From positions 544,001 to 608,000 of the forward strand of contig CAXXVD010000002.1 in the NCBI GenBank assembly GCA_963662335.2: a stretch of DNA of 64,000 bases, in the 5' to 3' direction. A program made the translations under genes and the position numbers. Shown here one piece after another: positions 27,879 to 36,994 of this stretch; position 1 is the first letter of the stretch, and the number at the start of each line of letters is the position of its first letter. The notes beneath the pieces are model-generated. The model saw only the letters and a list, made by a program, of their open reading frames with translations. It was not told where the DNA came from and made no database searches. The stretch comes from Chloroflexota bacterium. GTDB lineage: Bacteria; Chloroflexota; UBA11872; VXOZ01.

Positions 27879-29279
27879 CTAGCTGCCTCCCGCAAAGTAG
27901 GCCGCCATCTCATCGGTGATGAGCTTCTGGAACCAGTCCGCGTACTCGCGGGTGTCGATCTGGCCCAATTGGTACTGTTCGCGGTAGCGCGGCCGCGCCT
28001 CGTTGCGGATCTTCTCCCAGGCGCTGTACTTCAACATGCCCCAGCCGTGGGGGCGCGTCTGCTGCGCTTGCAGGAAGTACGCCTTGGGATCGATGCCAAG
28101 CTGGTTGCGGAACTCGGCCTGGGACACCTCGGAGTACGCCGGGTCCAGGAAGGGCGAGACCACGTGGCCGGCGGTGCGCGGGAAGCGGCCGGCGTTCTCC
28201 GGCGTCATGAACCAGCGGAAGACCGTCCAAATCGCGTCTTTGGCATCCTCGTTGCCGATCTGCAGGCCGTGATTGGAGATGCGGGCCGAGCGGCTGGGGC
28301 CGTCGCCGTCGTAGGGCAGGGTGCCGGCGGCCCAGTTGAAGTTGGTGTCCTGGTTGATGAAGGAGACCTGCATGCCGATCTTGCCGGTCACGAAGGTATT
28401 CATGCGCTGGCCGCCCTTCAACTCGTTGGCCTCGTCCGGGTTGGGCTGCACGTGGTACTTGACCTCGGTGACGTCCCGCCAGAACTCGAGCCCCTGCATG
28501 ATGCCGGGCGAGTTGATGAAGGCGACCTTCTCGTTGTCGTCCCACGGGCCCTGGCCGAAATACGTGCCGGTGGTCTCGCCGGCCGCGTTGCCGCCGCCCA
28601 GGCTGCCGCCAAAGCCGAACTGGCCGTCGCCGGTCAGCTTCTGGGCGTATTCGAGGAAGGTGTCCATGTTCCACCACTTGGCGTTCACGTCCACCGGCGG
28701 CTCCTGCAGGCCGGCCTCGGCAAACATGTCCTTGTTGTAGGCCATGGCGTCGGACGAGGTGCTGATGGGCATGCCACCGAGCACGCCGTCCAGCACCCAT
28801 TCGAACAGCGACGACTCGATGTACATCTCCCCCGGCACGAGTTTGTCGGCCTTGAAGAACTCGGTCAGATCGAGGATGGCGCCGGCCTGGTACATGCGGT
28901 CCCAGGTGAGCCAACCGTTGTGGACGAAGTCGAACGAGACGCCGCCGGCGTGGGCGGTCATGAACTTCTCGTAGACGCCGCGCCAACCGCCGGCTTGGCC
29001 GGCGACCTCGACCTGGATGTCGGTGTGCTGGTCGTTGAAGTCGTTGAAGATGGCGATTTCCTTCTCCTGCCGCGCCGGGCTTTCCGGCGAGGCGTAGACG
29101 AGGGTCACCACCTCTTTGGCCTCGGGCTGGGCGGCCTCGGCCTCAGTGGAAGAATCTTCCGCCGCGGGCGCCGCTTCACCGGCCATCTGCGCCTGCCCGC
29201 AGGCGGCGAAAAGGCCGGCAACGCCAATGGTAGCGCCGGTACCAAGAATGCGTCTTCGCGTAAGGTGCACGTTCGCCAT
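27879..29279 (-). CDS. Carbohydrate ABC transporter substrate-binding lipoprotein with Tat signal
   Basis: LTRRRILG…LFAAC signal; AYNKDMFAEAGL..PP; W.MD.FLEYAQKLT; FVTGKIGM. Confidence 0.88.
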   Translation of the reverse strand: MANVHLTRRRILGTGATIGVAGLFAACGQAQMAGEAAPAAEDSSTEAEAAQPEAKEVVTLVYASPESPARQEKEIAIFNDFNDQHTDIQVEVAGQAGGWRGVYEKFMTAHAGGVSFDFVHNGWLTWDRMYQAGAILDLTEFFKADKLVPGEMYIESSLFEWVLDGVLGGMPISTSSDAMAYNKDMFAEAGLQEPPVDVNAKWWNMDTFLEYAQKLTGDGQFGFGGSLGGGNAAGETTGTYFGQGPWDDNEKVAFINSPGIMQGLEFWRDVTEVKYHVQPNPDEANELKGGQRMNTFVTGKIGMQVSFINQDTNFNWAAGTLPYDGDGPSRSARISNHGLQIGNEDAKDAIWTVFRWFMTPENAGRFPRTAGHVVSPFLDPAYSEVSQAEFRNQLGIDPKAYFLQAQQTRPHGWGMLKYSAWEKIRNEARPRYREQYQLGQIDTREYADWFQKLITDEMAAYFAGGS

Positions 29280-29361
29280 GGCTGCTGCCTCCTGTGCGCT
29301 TCAGCGCTCGTTCCCTGGCAACGATGGGCGGGATTCGGTATCCGCCGCCGCTGCTGCTGGC

Positions 29362-29391
29362 AGTATAGTTTTGTGGTTCTCGCGTTGTCAA
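29362..29391 (-). promoter_or_regulatory. Sigma70-type promoter for the SBP gene
   Basis: TTGACA-18 nt-TATACT about 80 nt upstream of the start. Confidence 0.7.
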
Positions 29392-29448
29392 GAGGATAGG
29401 AGCATAGCGGCGGTTCTCGGCGCGGCGGCTTTGCGGGACTGTGCTACG

Positions 29449-29597
29449 TGTCATACTGAGGGTATCGTTTCCTGTCATACCAAGGCCGCCGCCCGCTGTC
29501 ATGCCGAGGGCCGCCGCCCGCTGTCATTCCGAGCGCAGCGAGGAATCTAGTGCATCCGCGCGCGAGATTCCTCGTCGCTGCGCTCCTCAGAATGACA
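29449..29597. repeat. Degenerate 24-25-bp tandem of the family-A 5' end, followed by an inverted family-A pair
   Basis: tgtcatactgagg…, tgtcataccaagg…, tgtcatgccgagg…, tgtcattccgagcg…. Confidence 0.65.
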
Positions 29598-29836
29598 GTT
29601 GACGGTTTCCAGAGTTATTGCCATTGCAGCGCGGCGGCCACACAAGGAATGAAGAGTGAAATCACTTCTCTCCGTTCGTGCTGAGTGCTGCGCGAAGCCC
29701 TTGTCGAAGCATGAACGGAGAGAAGCGCGGGCGTAGCTGTAAACCGCTTTCTCCGCCGTTCACCCTTCGACAAGCTCAGGGCGAACGGCTTAGTCGCGCT
29801 ATTTCCAGGGGAAGTGTCTTTCGAGGGCTGAAGTTC

Positions 29837-31243
29837 CTACCGCGCTTCGCCGCTGCCCAATTCGCCTTCCAGGTAGTCCACGAACTGGCGCGCGGTGCGG
29901 CCGGAGAAGCCGTTCTGCTGCTGCGCCCAGGTGACGGCGCGGGCGCGGAGGGCCGCTCCTCCAAGCGAGAGATTGCGCTGCGCGGCGAGGGCAGCGACGA
30001 TCGCCAGGTATTGCGCTTGCGTCGGCGCCGTGAACGCGATGCGGATGCCGAAGCGGTCGCTGAGGGAAAAGGTCTCTTGCAGCGTCTCTTTTGGGTGGAC
30101 TTCACCATCGAGAATCCCCGCGCGGTCTGAAAAATTCTCGCGCACGAGGTGGCTGCGGTTCGAGGTGGCGTAGATGACCACGTTGCGGGGCTGCGCCGCC
30201 ACGCTGCCTTCCAGGATCGCCTTCAAGGCCTTGTAGTCGGTCTCGTGCGGCTCGAAACTGAGATCGTCGACGAAAACGACGAATGACTGCGGCCTTGCGC
30301 GCAGAATCTCCACAATGCGGGCAAAGTCGCCGAGATCGTCTTTGGCGACTTCGATGAGGCGCAGGCCGCGGCCGGCGTAGCGGTGCAGCAGCGCCTTGAT
30401 GGACGAGGACTTGCCCGTGCCCCGGTCGCCGCAGAGCAGCACGTTGTTGGCGCGGTAGCCAGCCAGCAGGTGCTCCGTATTCTGCCGCAGAAGCCCCCGC
30501 TGGCGGTCGTCGCCGATGAGTTCCTCCAGGCGAATTGGGTCAGGATGCGGCACGCCGCGCAAGCGGCCGCCCTGGGTGGAGTGTTCCCAGCGAAAGGCGC
30601 GGTAGCGGGCAAAGTCGCCGGTGCCGTGCCGGTGGTAGTGGGCGGCCAGGAGCGGCACGGCCTGGCGCCAATCCGTCATAGCCGCAAGCGCGCGATGGGT
30701 CTCCGCCACCGGCGCGTGGTTGGCGGACGGGCCTAGGGGTTGGAAGTCCTCCCAGGCCAGATACGGCAGCGCCTCGTCCCAGCCTTGCGCGTGCGCGAAT
30801 GACCGCAAAGCGCTGGCCGCGAGCGCAAAGGCCCCTTGGAGAATCGCGAGATCTTGTTCCGCCAACGCGGTGAGCGCGGGGCTGAGGCCGTCCGGGCCGG
30901 TGAACGCGGCCTTGCGCGAAAAGGCGTTCTCGGCTTCCAGGATGCGCGTCAGGAGAAAACCTTGCCAGGCGTCGCAACGCCAGGCGTCGCCATGGGGCTG
31001 CGGCGCCGCTTGCAGTTCCGCGTAAGCGGCCAGCAGACCGCTGAGTTGCGCGGCCGCGGCCGTGAACTGGGCGGCCGATTCGCCCGCGGCCGCGTGCCGC
31101 AGCAGTGCGGCGTAGCCCTGCCCGATCGGCTCGTCCAGGACGTCGGTGTAAAGGGCAAGCCGCTCGAGGCCCCCGAGAACGGCGCGCGCCTGCGCGGAAG
31201 CGCTGTGCGTGCCGGCGAGTGTGCGCAAGGCAGTCTCACGCAT
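29837..31243 (-). CDS. DUF815-family AAA+ ATP-binding protein
   Basis: RQNTE…ANNVLLCGDRGTGKSS, FVDDLSFE, YKALKAILEG, YATSNR.HLV.E, SLSDRFG, SGRTARQF. Confidence 0.92.
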   Translation of the reverse strand: MRETALRTLAGTHSASAQARAVLGGLERLALYTDVLDEPIGQGYAALLRHAAAGESAAQFTAAAAQLSGLLAAYAELQAAPQPHGDAWRCDAWQGFLLTRILEAENAFSRKAAFTGPDGLSPALTALAEQDLAILQGAFALAASALRSFAHAQGWDEALPYLAWEDFQPLGPSANHAPVAETHRALAAMTDWRQAVPLLAAHYHRHGTGDFARYRAFRWEHSTQGGRLRGVPHPDPIRLEELIGDDRQRGLLRQNTEHLLAGYRANNVLLCGDRGTGKSSSIKALLHRYAGRGLRLIEVAKDDLGDFARIVEILRARPQSFVVFVDDLSFEPHETDYKALKAILEGSVAAQPRNVVIYATSNRSHLVRENFSDRAGILDGEVHPKETLQETFSLSDRFGIRIAFTAPTQAQYLAIVAALAAQRNLSLGGAALRARAVTWAQQQNGFSGRTARQFVDYLEGELGSGEAR

Positions 31244-32651
31244 GGGGCAGCCACTTCGCCGCCCAGCGCCGCCACGGGTCGTGGGTCTCCTGCATCCAGA
31301 GCAGCAGGCGGCGCTGCAGGTCGCGGCGGATGTCCCCGTACGCTGGCTCCTCCAACCGGTTTGTTAGCTCATGGGGATCGCGTTCCAGGTCGTAGAGTTC
31401 GTCGACGGCGTGCGGATTATAGACGTACTTGAAGTTTTGAAAGCGGATCAGGCGTGATGTGAACAGCCCAACCTCGTCGCCATGAAACTCGCAGCCCAAG
31501 ACCTCCCGCCAGGATGCGTGCTGGGGGTCGCGCCACAGCGGCTGTAGCGCGTCACCGTCGAGATTGTCGGGAATGGGGAGATTTGCGGCCTGCAATATGG
31601 TGGGCATGATGTCGATGAGGCTGGTGAATTGCGCGGTTGTGGAACCGGGGGGTGTATGTCCCGGCCAGCGCATGATCATGGGAATGTGGTAGACCTCCTG
31701 GTAGAGCAGGGGGCCTTTGTTGAATTGGCCGTGGCTGCCGGTGAAGTCGCCGTGGTCGGTGTTGAAGATGACAAGCGTTTCATCCCGGATGCCCAGGTCG
31801 TCGAGCGTTTGCAGCAGCTTGGCAAACAGTTCATCCAGGAAACTCACGAAGCCAAAGTACTTGGCGACGGCCGGCTGCCAGTCCTCCCAGGTGAAGTCCT
31901 GCACGCCCCGGTGGTACTTGTGCCGTATGTGCACCTGCGGCTTATTCTCAAAGGTGTCGTGGAAATTCGGCCACGGCGGGATCTCGTCCGGGTCATAGCG
32001 TGAGGCCCACGGCTCCGGGACCACGTAGGGATGGTGCGGGCCGTTGAAGTCGACGCGCAGGTAGAAGGGTTGGTGGTTGTGGTACTCCCGCAGCAGGCGC
32101 ATGCCCTCTTCCGCAAAGTAGTACATCAGGGTACCCTCTGGGGGAAGCTGTTCGGTGCCGGAGATGAGAAACCGCTCGTTGGGATAGTTGGCGTAGACGG
32201 CGTCCGGCGGCTCCGGCGGGCGCGCGGGCAGGCCAAGCTGCCGCCGGTAGCCGGCGATGCTCTCCGCGCCCACGTCGTGAAAGCCCCGCGTCTTGGGCTC
32301 GCCTTTGCGGCCGATGTGCCACTTGCCCACGTGCCCCAGCCGGTAGCCGGCTTCGTTCAGGAGTTCGCTGTAGGTGATTTCCTCGGCGGGCAGTTCCTCC
32401 TGGAGGGTTTCCGGTTGGCTGCAGTTGTTGTAGATGCCGTTATTGTGGGGGTAGCGCCCGGTGACCATGGCTGCCCGCGCCGGCGAACAGATGCCGGCGG
32501 GCGTATAGGCTTCGGTATAGTTGATGCCCTCTTGCGCCAGGCGGTCGAGCGTCGGGGTGCGGCAAATGGGACTGCCGTTCGCGCCCACCACGTCAAAGCG
32601 CATCTGGTCGACCATGATGTGGAGGATGTTGGGCCGGTTTGTCTGCGACAT
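31236..32651 (-). CDS. Sulfatase (formylglycine-dependent, Cys type)
   Basis: PNILHIMVDQMR, C-S-P-A-R, VGKWH, GPHHP, TDHGD..GSHG...KG, ELYDLERDP.E..N. Confidence 0.93.
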   Translation of the reverse strand: MSQTNRPNILHIMVDQMRFDVVGANGSPICRTPTLDRLAQEGINYTEAYTPAGICSPARAAMVTGRYPHNNGIYNNCSQPETLQEELPAEEITYSELLNEAGYRLGHVGKWHIGRKGEPKTRGFHDVGAESIAGYRRQLGLPARPPEPPDAVYANYPNERFLISGTEQLPPEGTLMYYFAEEGMRLLREYHNHQPFYLRVDFNGPHHPYVVPEPWASRYDPDEIPPWPNFHDTFENKPQVHIRHKYHRGVQDFTWEDWQPAVAKYFGFVSFLDELFAKLLQTLDDLGIRDETLVIFNTDHGDFTGSHGQFNKGPLLYQEVYHIPMIMRWPGHTPPGSTTAQFTSLIDIMPTILQAANLPIPDNLDGDALQPLWRDPQHASWREVLGCEFHGDEVGLFTSRLIRFQNFKYVYNPHAVDELYDLERDPHELTNRLEEPAYGDIRRDLQRRLLLWMQETHDPWRRWAAKWLPHA

Positions 32652-32793
32652 GGTGTGAATCCTCGATATCATCTTCTTTGGCGGCGAAACCCTTGGGCTT
32701 GGCTAACCAGTATAGCACCGCATTGCACGCTGCCGCTGAATGTGTTACATAGATACCTTAGAGTACTGGCCTTCTAGTGAACAGGAGACAACG

Positions 32794-34458
32794 ATGTCCC
32801 GCATACGACGAATTGGCATCTCGGCAGCCGTTTGGTGGCTTGCGGCTCTCGCGCTGGCGGCGGTTTTGGCCGCGGGCTGCGCCGTGCAGCCGGTATCGAC
32901 GCCTGCCGTTGCCGAGCCGGACGACGAAGCGCAGACTATGGCGTTCGTGCGCAAGGCTATTGACTTCTATGAGCAGAATGGCTTGGACGCCACCGTCGCG
33001 CGCTACAACAACGTCGACAGCATCGAAGACGGGCGGGCGTTGCTGCTCATCGACGCCGAAGAGGCCGTGGTGCTGACATCCGCCTTCCGCAACCTCGTGG
33101 GTCAGTTCGTCGGCCCCGGCGCTACCTTCAATATGGTCCAACGCATAGAGACGGCCACCGCTGAGGGCTCTTGGAGAACTTCGCAGGGCACCAACCCGGA
33201 GACCGGCGAGAATGAACCGCGGCGCCGCGTGGTCGTGCTCCACGATGGACTGGTGTTCTCGGCCAGCCACTCGCTGCTGCGGGAGAACGTCGCGGCAGTA
33301 ACGCAGGCGTACGTGCGTCAGGCCATCGAGTACTACCAACGCGAGGGGCTGGACGCCACCATTGCGTACTACAACAGCGGCGCGAGCGTTGAGGACCAGT
33401 TCTACCTCTTCCTGATTGGCGCCGACGACATCTATCTGGCGCATCCAATCTTTCCCCACCTGATTGGCACGGACATCAAGGACGTGGTGGGCAGTGACGG
33501 CCAGGAACTGGGCAAGGAGATCGCCCAGGCGACCGAGGATGGGATCTGGGTCGAGTACCTGTGGCCCCATCCGGTGACGCGATTCGAGCAGCACAAGGTG
33601 GCGTGGGCGCAACGGCACGACGGCATGATCTTTGCTTCCGGCTACTACACGGGAGCGCCGGGGCTCGAACAACCGGCGTGGCGCGGCGCGGACCCGCAAG
33701 AGTACACGGTAGCCTACGTGGAGCGGGCGATCGAGCGCTACAAGGAGGGCGGCCTGGAGGCGCTGCTCAACTACTACAACAGCGTCGCCAGTTTCGAGGG
33801 CCAGTGGTACCTGTTTGCCACGGACGCGGACGACATCTACATCGTGCACCCGCTGTTGTCGCAACTGATTGGCACGGACATCAAGAACGTGGTAGGGAAT
33901 GACGGCTACGAGTTGGGCAAGGAATTGGCGAAAGCCACCGAGGGTGAAGGGGTGTGGGTGGAATACCTGTGGCCGCATCCGGTAAACCTGAAGGAAGCGC
34001 CCAAGGTGGGATACGCGGTGCGCTACGACGGCCTGCTGTTTGCCTCCGGCTACTACGTGGAAGTTGACGACCCCGCGGCGCGGACCAAGGAGTACGTGCA
34101 GGAAGCGATCGCGTACTACGAAGAGAACAGCTTGGACGCGACGGTGAAGCACTACAACTCGGAGGAGAGTTTCGACGGGCAGTGGAATCTCTCGCTGTAC
34201 GATGAGAACAACGTCACCCTTGTTGCTCCCGTCCTTACGCGCACGCTCGGCCTCAGCATCGAGGTGCTCGTGTTGCGGAACGGCCGGGAAATCGGCAAGG
34301 AGATCGTGGCGGCGGCCGAAACGGGCGGCTGGGTCAGCTACCCGGTGCCGAATGCCAGAACGTCGGAGCTCTTGTTTGCGCACCAGTGGGCAATCCGGCA
34401 CGACGGGCTGATCTTCTCGTCGCGCTACTACAACGACCAGCCCGACGTGGCTGAATAA
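32794..34458 (+). CDS. Lipoprotein with four tandem single-Cache-like domains, paralogue 1
   Basis: LAAGC lipobox; four repeats of V.KAI.YY...GL.AT...Y…G.WV.Y..P…DGL.F.SGYY; no further TM or signalling domain. Confidence 0.85.
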   Translation: MSRIRRIGISAAVWWLAALALAAVLAAGCAVQPVSTPAVAEPDDEAQTMAFVRKAIDFYEQNGLDATVARYNNVDSIEDGRALLLIDAEEAVVLTSAFRNLVGQFVGPGATFNMVQRIETATAEGSWRTSQGTNPETGENEPRRRVVVLHDGLVFSASHSLLRENVAAVTQAYVRQAIEYYQREGLDATIAYYNSGASVEDQFYLFLIGADDIYLAHPIFPHLIGTDIKDVVGSDGQELGKEIAQATEDGIWVEYLWPHPVTRFEQHKVAWAQRHDGMIFASGYYTGAPGLEQPAWRGADPQEYTVAYVERAIERYKEGGLEALLNYYNSVASFEGQWYLFATDADDIYIVHPLLSQLIGTDIKNVVGNDGYELGKELAKATEGEGVWVEYLWPHPVNLKEAPKVGYAVRYDGLLFASGYYVEVDDPAARTKEYVQEAIAYYEENSLDATVKHYNSEESFDGQWNLSLYDENNVTLVAPVLTRTLGLSIEVLVLRNGREIGKEIVAAAETGGWVSYPVPNARTSELLFAHQWAIRHDGLIFSSRYYNDQPDVAE

Positions 34459-34871
34459 GTGCGGCAGGGCAGCGCGGCGCGGGCGGTATCCCCGCGCTGA
34501 GCAAGTTGACAATCTGGCACGAAGGCGTAGGGGCACGACATGTCGTGCCCCTACGCCTTTTGGTGTGCGCCCCTACGCCGTCTGAATGCTCAGTAATCAC
34601 GATGCCCCGAAAGTAGCGCCGTGGCCTCCGTCATTGCCGCGAACGCGGGAACCCATCTTCGTCTCGCGCACGGTGGATTCCCACGTTCGCGGGTGTGACG
34701 GCCGGCCCCTCGTTTTCATTCCCCTGGGTGGCCGGCGGTCACGGGCAACGAGCATTAGCGCCAGACTGCGGCGCATTGGGTTTTGATTGTGGCGGCAATT
34801 GCTGCTATTGTACGTCTAGCTGGGTCAACAATAGACTCCGAGTGAGAATTCTGCGCCAAGAGGAGGCGACT

Positions 34872-36575
34872 ATGGCACGTATCCGGCAATTTGGAGTCCA
34901 ACGAGCAGCCGCCTGGCTGGCGGCGCTGGCGCTCGTAGCCGTGCTCGCGGCGGGCTGCGCGGTCGCGCCCGCGACAGCGCCCGCGCTCACGGAGCCGGAG
35001 GCCGTTGTCGTCGATTTGGAAGAGGAAGCGCTCACGCTGGCCTACGTGCGCAAGGCCATCGAATTCTTCGCTGAGAACGGCCTGGAGGCCACGATCGAGC
35101 GCTACAGCAGCAAGGACAGCGTGGAAGGCGAACGGGCGTTGGTCCTCATCAACGCGGAAGACGGCATTGTGCTGGCCTATCAACCGGTGCCGTTCGTAGT
35201 GGGAGATTACGCGGGGCCGGGCGGGCGGTACCCCGACATGGCGCTCTTGCTGGAAAACGCCACCGCTGAAGGATTCTGGATTTCGATGCGGGGTCTGAAT
35301 CCGGTCTCGCTGCAGGTAGAACCCCGGCGTCTCGTCGGCGTAATTCACGAGGGACTGCTGTTTTCGGCCGGCCACTCGGCGTTGGTGGAAAACGTCCAGG
35401 AAGCGACCCAGGAATACGTGCGCGCCGCGATCGAGCGCTACCAGAGCGCCGGACTGGACGCGACCGTCGCCTACTACAACAGCCAGGGTAGCGTGGAAGG
35501 CCAGTTCTATCTGTTCCTGATCGACGCCAACGACATCTATCTGGCGCATCCGGTCTTTCCGCACCTGATTGGCACGGACATCAAGGACGTGGTGGGCAGC
35601 GACGGCCAGGAATTGGGCAAGGAGATCGCGCAGGCGACTGAGGACGGCGCGTGGGTCGAGTACCTGTGGCCGCATCCGGTGACGCGGTTCGAACAGAAGA
35701 AGGTAACCTGGGCGCAGCGGCACGACGGCTTGCTCTTCGCGTCCGGCTACTACTTGGGCGAGCCGGAGACCGATACGCCGCCGTGGCGCGGCGCGGACCC
35801 GCGGGAATACACGGTGGCCTACGTGGAGCGGGCGATCGAGCGCTACAAGGCGGGCGGCCTGGAGTCGCTGCTGAACTACTACAACAGCGTCGCCAGTTTC
35901 GAGGGCCAGTGGTACCTGTTCGGTACGGACGCGGACGACATCTACATCGTGCACCCGCTCCTGCCGCAACTGTTGGGGACGGACATCAAGGACGTGGTGG
36001 GGCAAGACGGGTTCGAGTTGGGCAAGGAATTGGCGAAAGCCACCGAGGGAGAAGGCGTGTGGGTGGAATACCTCTGGCCCCATCCGGTGACCCTGCAGGA
36101 AGTGCCCAAAGTGGGGTACGCCGTGCGCTACGACGGTTTGCTCTTTGCCTCAGGCTACTACCCGGCGGTGGAGGACCCGGTAGCGCACACGCATGAGTAC
36201 GTGCAGAAGGCAATCGCATACTACGAGGAGAACGGCCTGGAAGCGACCGTGGCGCACTACAGCGACCCGGCGAGTTTCGACGGCCAGTGGAACCTGGTGC
36301 TGGTGAATGAGGACGGCTACGTGATTGTCTCCGGCCTGCTGGCGGGCGTGCTCGGCAGCCAGGTCGAAGACTTGGAGACAAGTGACGGCAGGAAGTTCGG
36401 CCAAGAGGCGGCGGCGGCGGCGCGCCAGGGCGGCGGTTGGGTCAGTTTCCCGTACACGGTGCCCGGCGCGACCGAGAGCGTGTACGCGCACTACTGGGCA
36501 ATCGAGCATGAAGGGCTGATATTCGCGTCGGTCTACTACGACGAGTTGCCCGACGTGCCTGAAGGGGCCGAATAG
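34872..36575 (+). CDS. Lipoprotein with four tandem single-Cache-like domains, paralogue 2
   Basis: Same architecture; AGGAGG RBS; central domains nearly identical to paralogue 1. Confidence 0.85.
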   Translation: MARIRQFGVQRAAAWLAALALVAVLAAGCAVAPATAPALTEPEAVVVDLEEEALTLAYVRKAIEFFAENGLEATIERYSSKDSVEGERALVLINAEDGIVLAYQPVPFVVGDYAGPGGRYPDMALLLENATAEGFWISMRGLNPVSLQVEPRRLVGVIHEGLLFSAGHSALVENVQEATQEYVRAAIERYQSAGLDATVAYYNSQGSVEGQFYLFLIDANDIYLAHPVFPHLIGTDIKDVVGSDGQELGKEIAQATEDGAWVEYLWPHPVTRFEQKKVTWAQRHDGLLFASGYYLGEPETDTPPWRGADPREYTVAYVERAIERYKAGGLESLLNYYNSVASFEGQWYLFGTDADDIYIVHPLLPQLLGTDIKDVVGQDGFELGKELAKATEGEGVWVEYLWPHPVTLQEVPKVGYAVRYDGLLFASGYYPAVEDPVAHTHEYVQKAIAYYEENGLEATVAHYSDPASFDGQWNLVLVNEDGYVIVSGLLAGVLGSQVEDLETSDGRKFGQEAAAAARQGGGWVSFPYTVPGATESVYAHYWAIEHEGLIFASVYYDELPDVPEGAE

Positions 36576-36663
36576 GGAAGCCGGCCATTCTCATTCGCGC
36601 GCGGACGCTGGGGACGGTTGACGTCTCCGCGTTGCGCCGGCGCGGCGCACACGACGATACGCG

Positions 36664-36692
36664 AGAGGCGGGGGCATGCCCCCGCCTCTTTG
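36664..36692 (+). terminator. Putative intrinsic terminator
   Basis: AGAGGCGGGGG-CATG-CCCCCGCCTCT followed by a short T-rich tail, downstream of the Cache gene. Confidence 0.6.
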
Positions 36693-36702
36693 CATTTGAA
36701 GA

Positions 36703-36980
36703 GTAGCGCGGGGGCTTACCCTCAATGTTGCCGCATTAACGTAGCGCGGGGGCTTGTCCCCCGCCTGTTGTGACGCGCCGCCCGTCGGCGTAGGGGCACG
36801 ACATGTCGTGCCCCTACGCCGACGGGAAGATAAGATGGATTCCCGCGAACGCGGGAATCCATCTTGTCTGACGCGTTGCCACGAGCGGATGGATTCCCGC
36901 GTTCGCGGGAATGACGGATTTCGATGCGCCGTTATCGTGGCTATGTCCCCACAGCGGCGCAGGTTGCAAACCTACGCTAC
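36703..36980. repeat. Mosaic cluster of palindromic repeats (families C, D, B twice, and E)
   Basis: gtagcgcgggggcttgtcccccgc; 28-bp family D palindrome at 36790; ggattcccgcg..cgcgggaat at 36837 and 36891; aggttgcaaacctacgctac. Confidence 0.85.
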
Positions 36981-36994
36981 CGGGGACGGACGGC

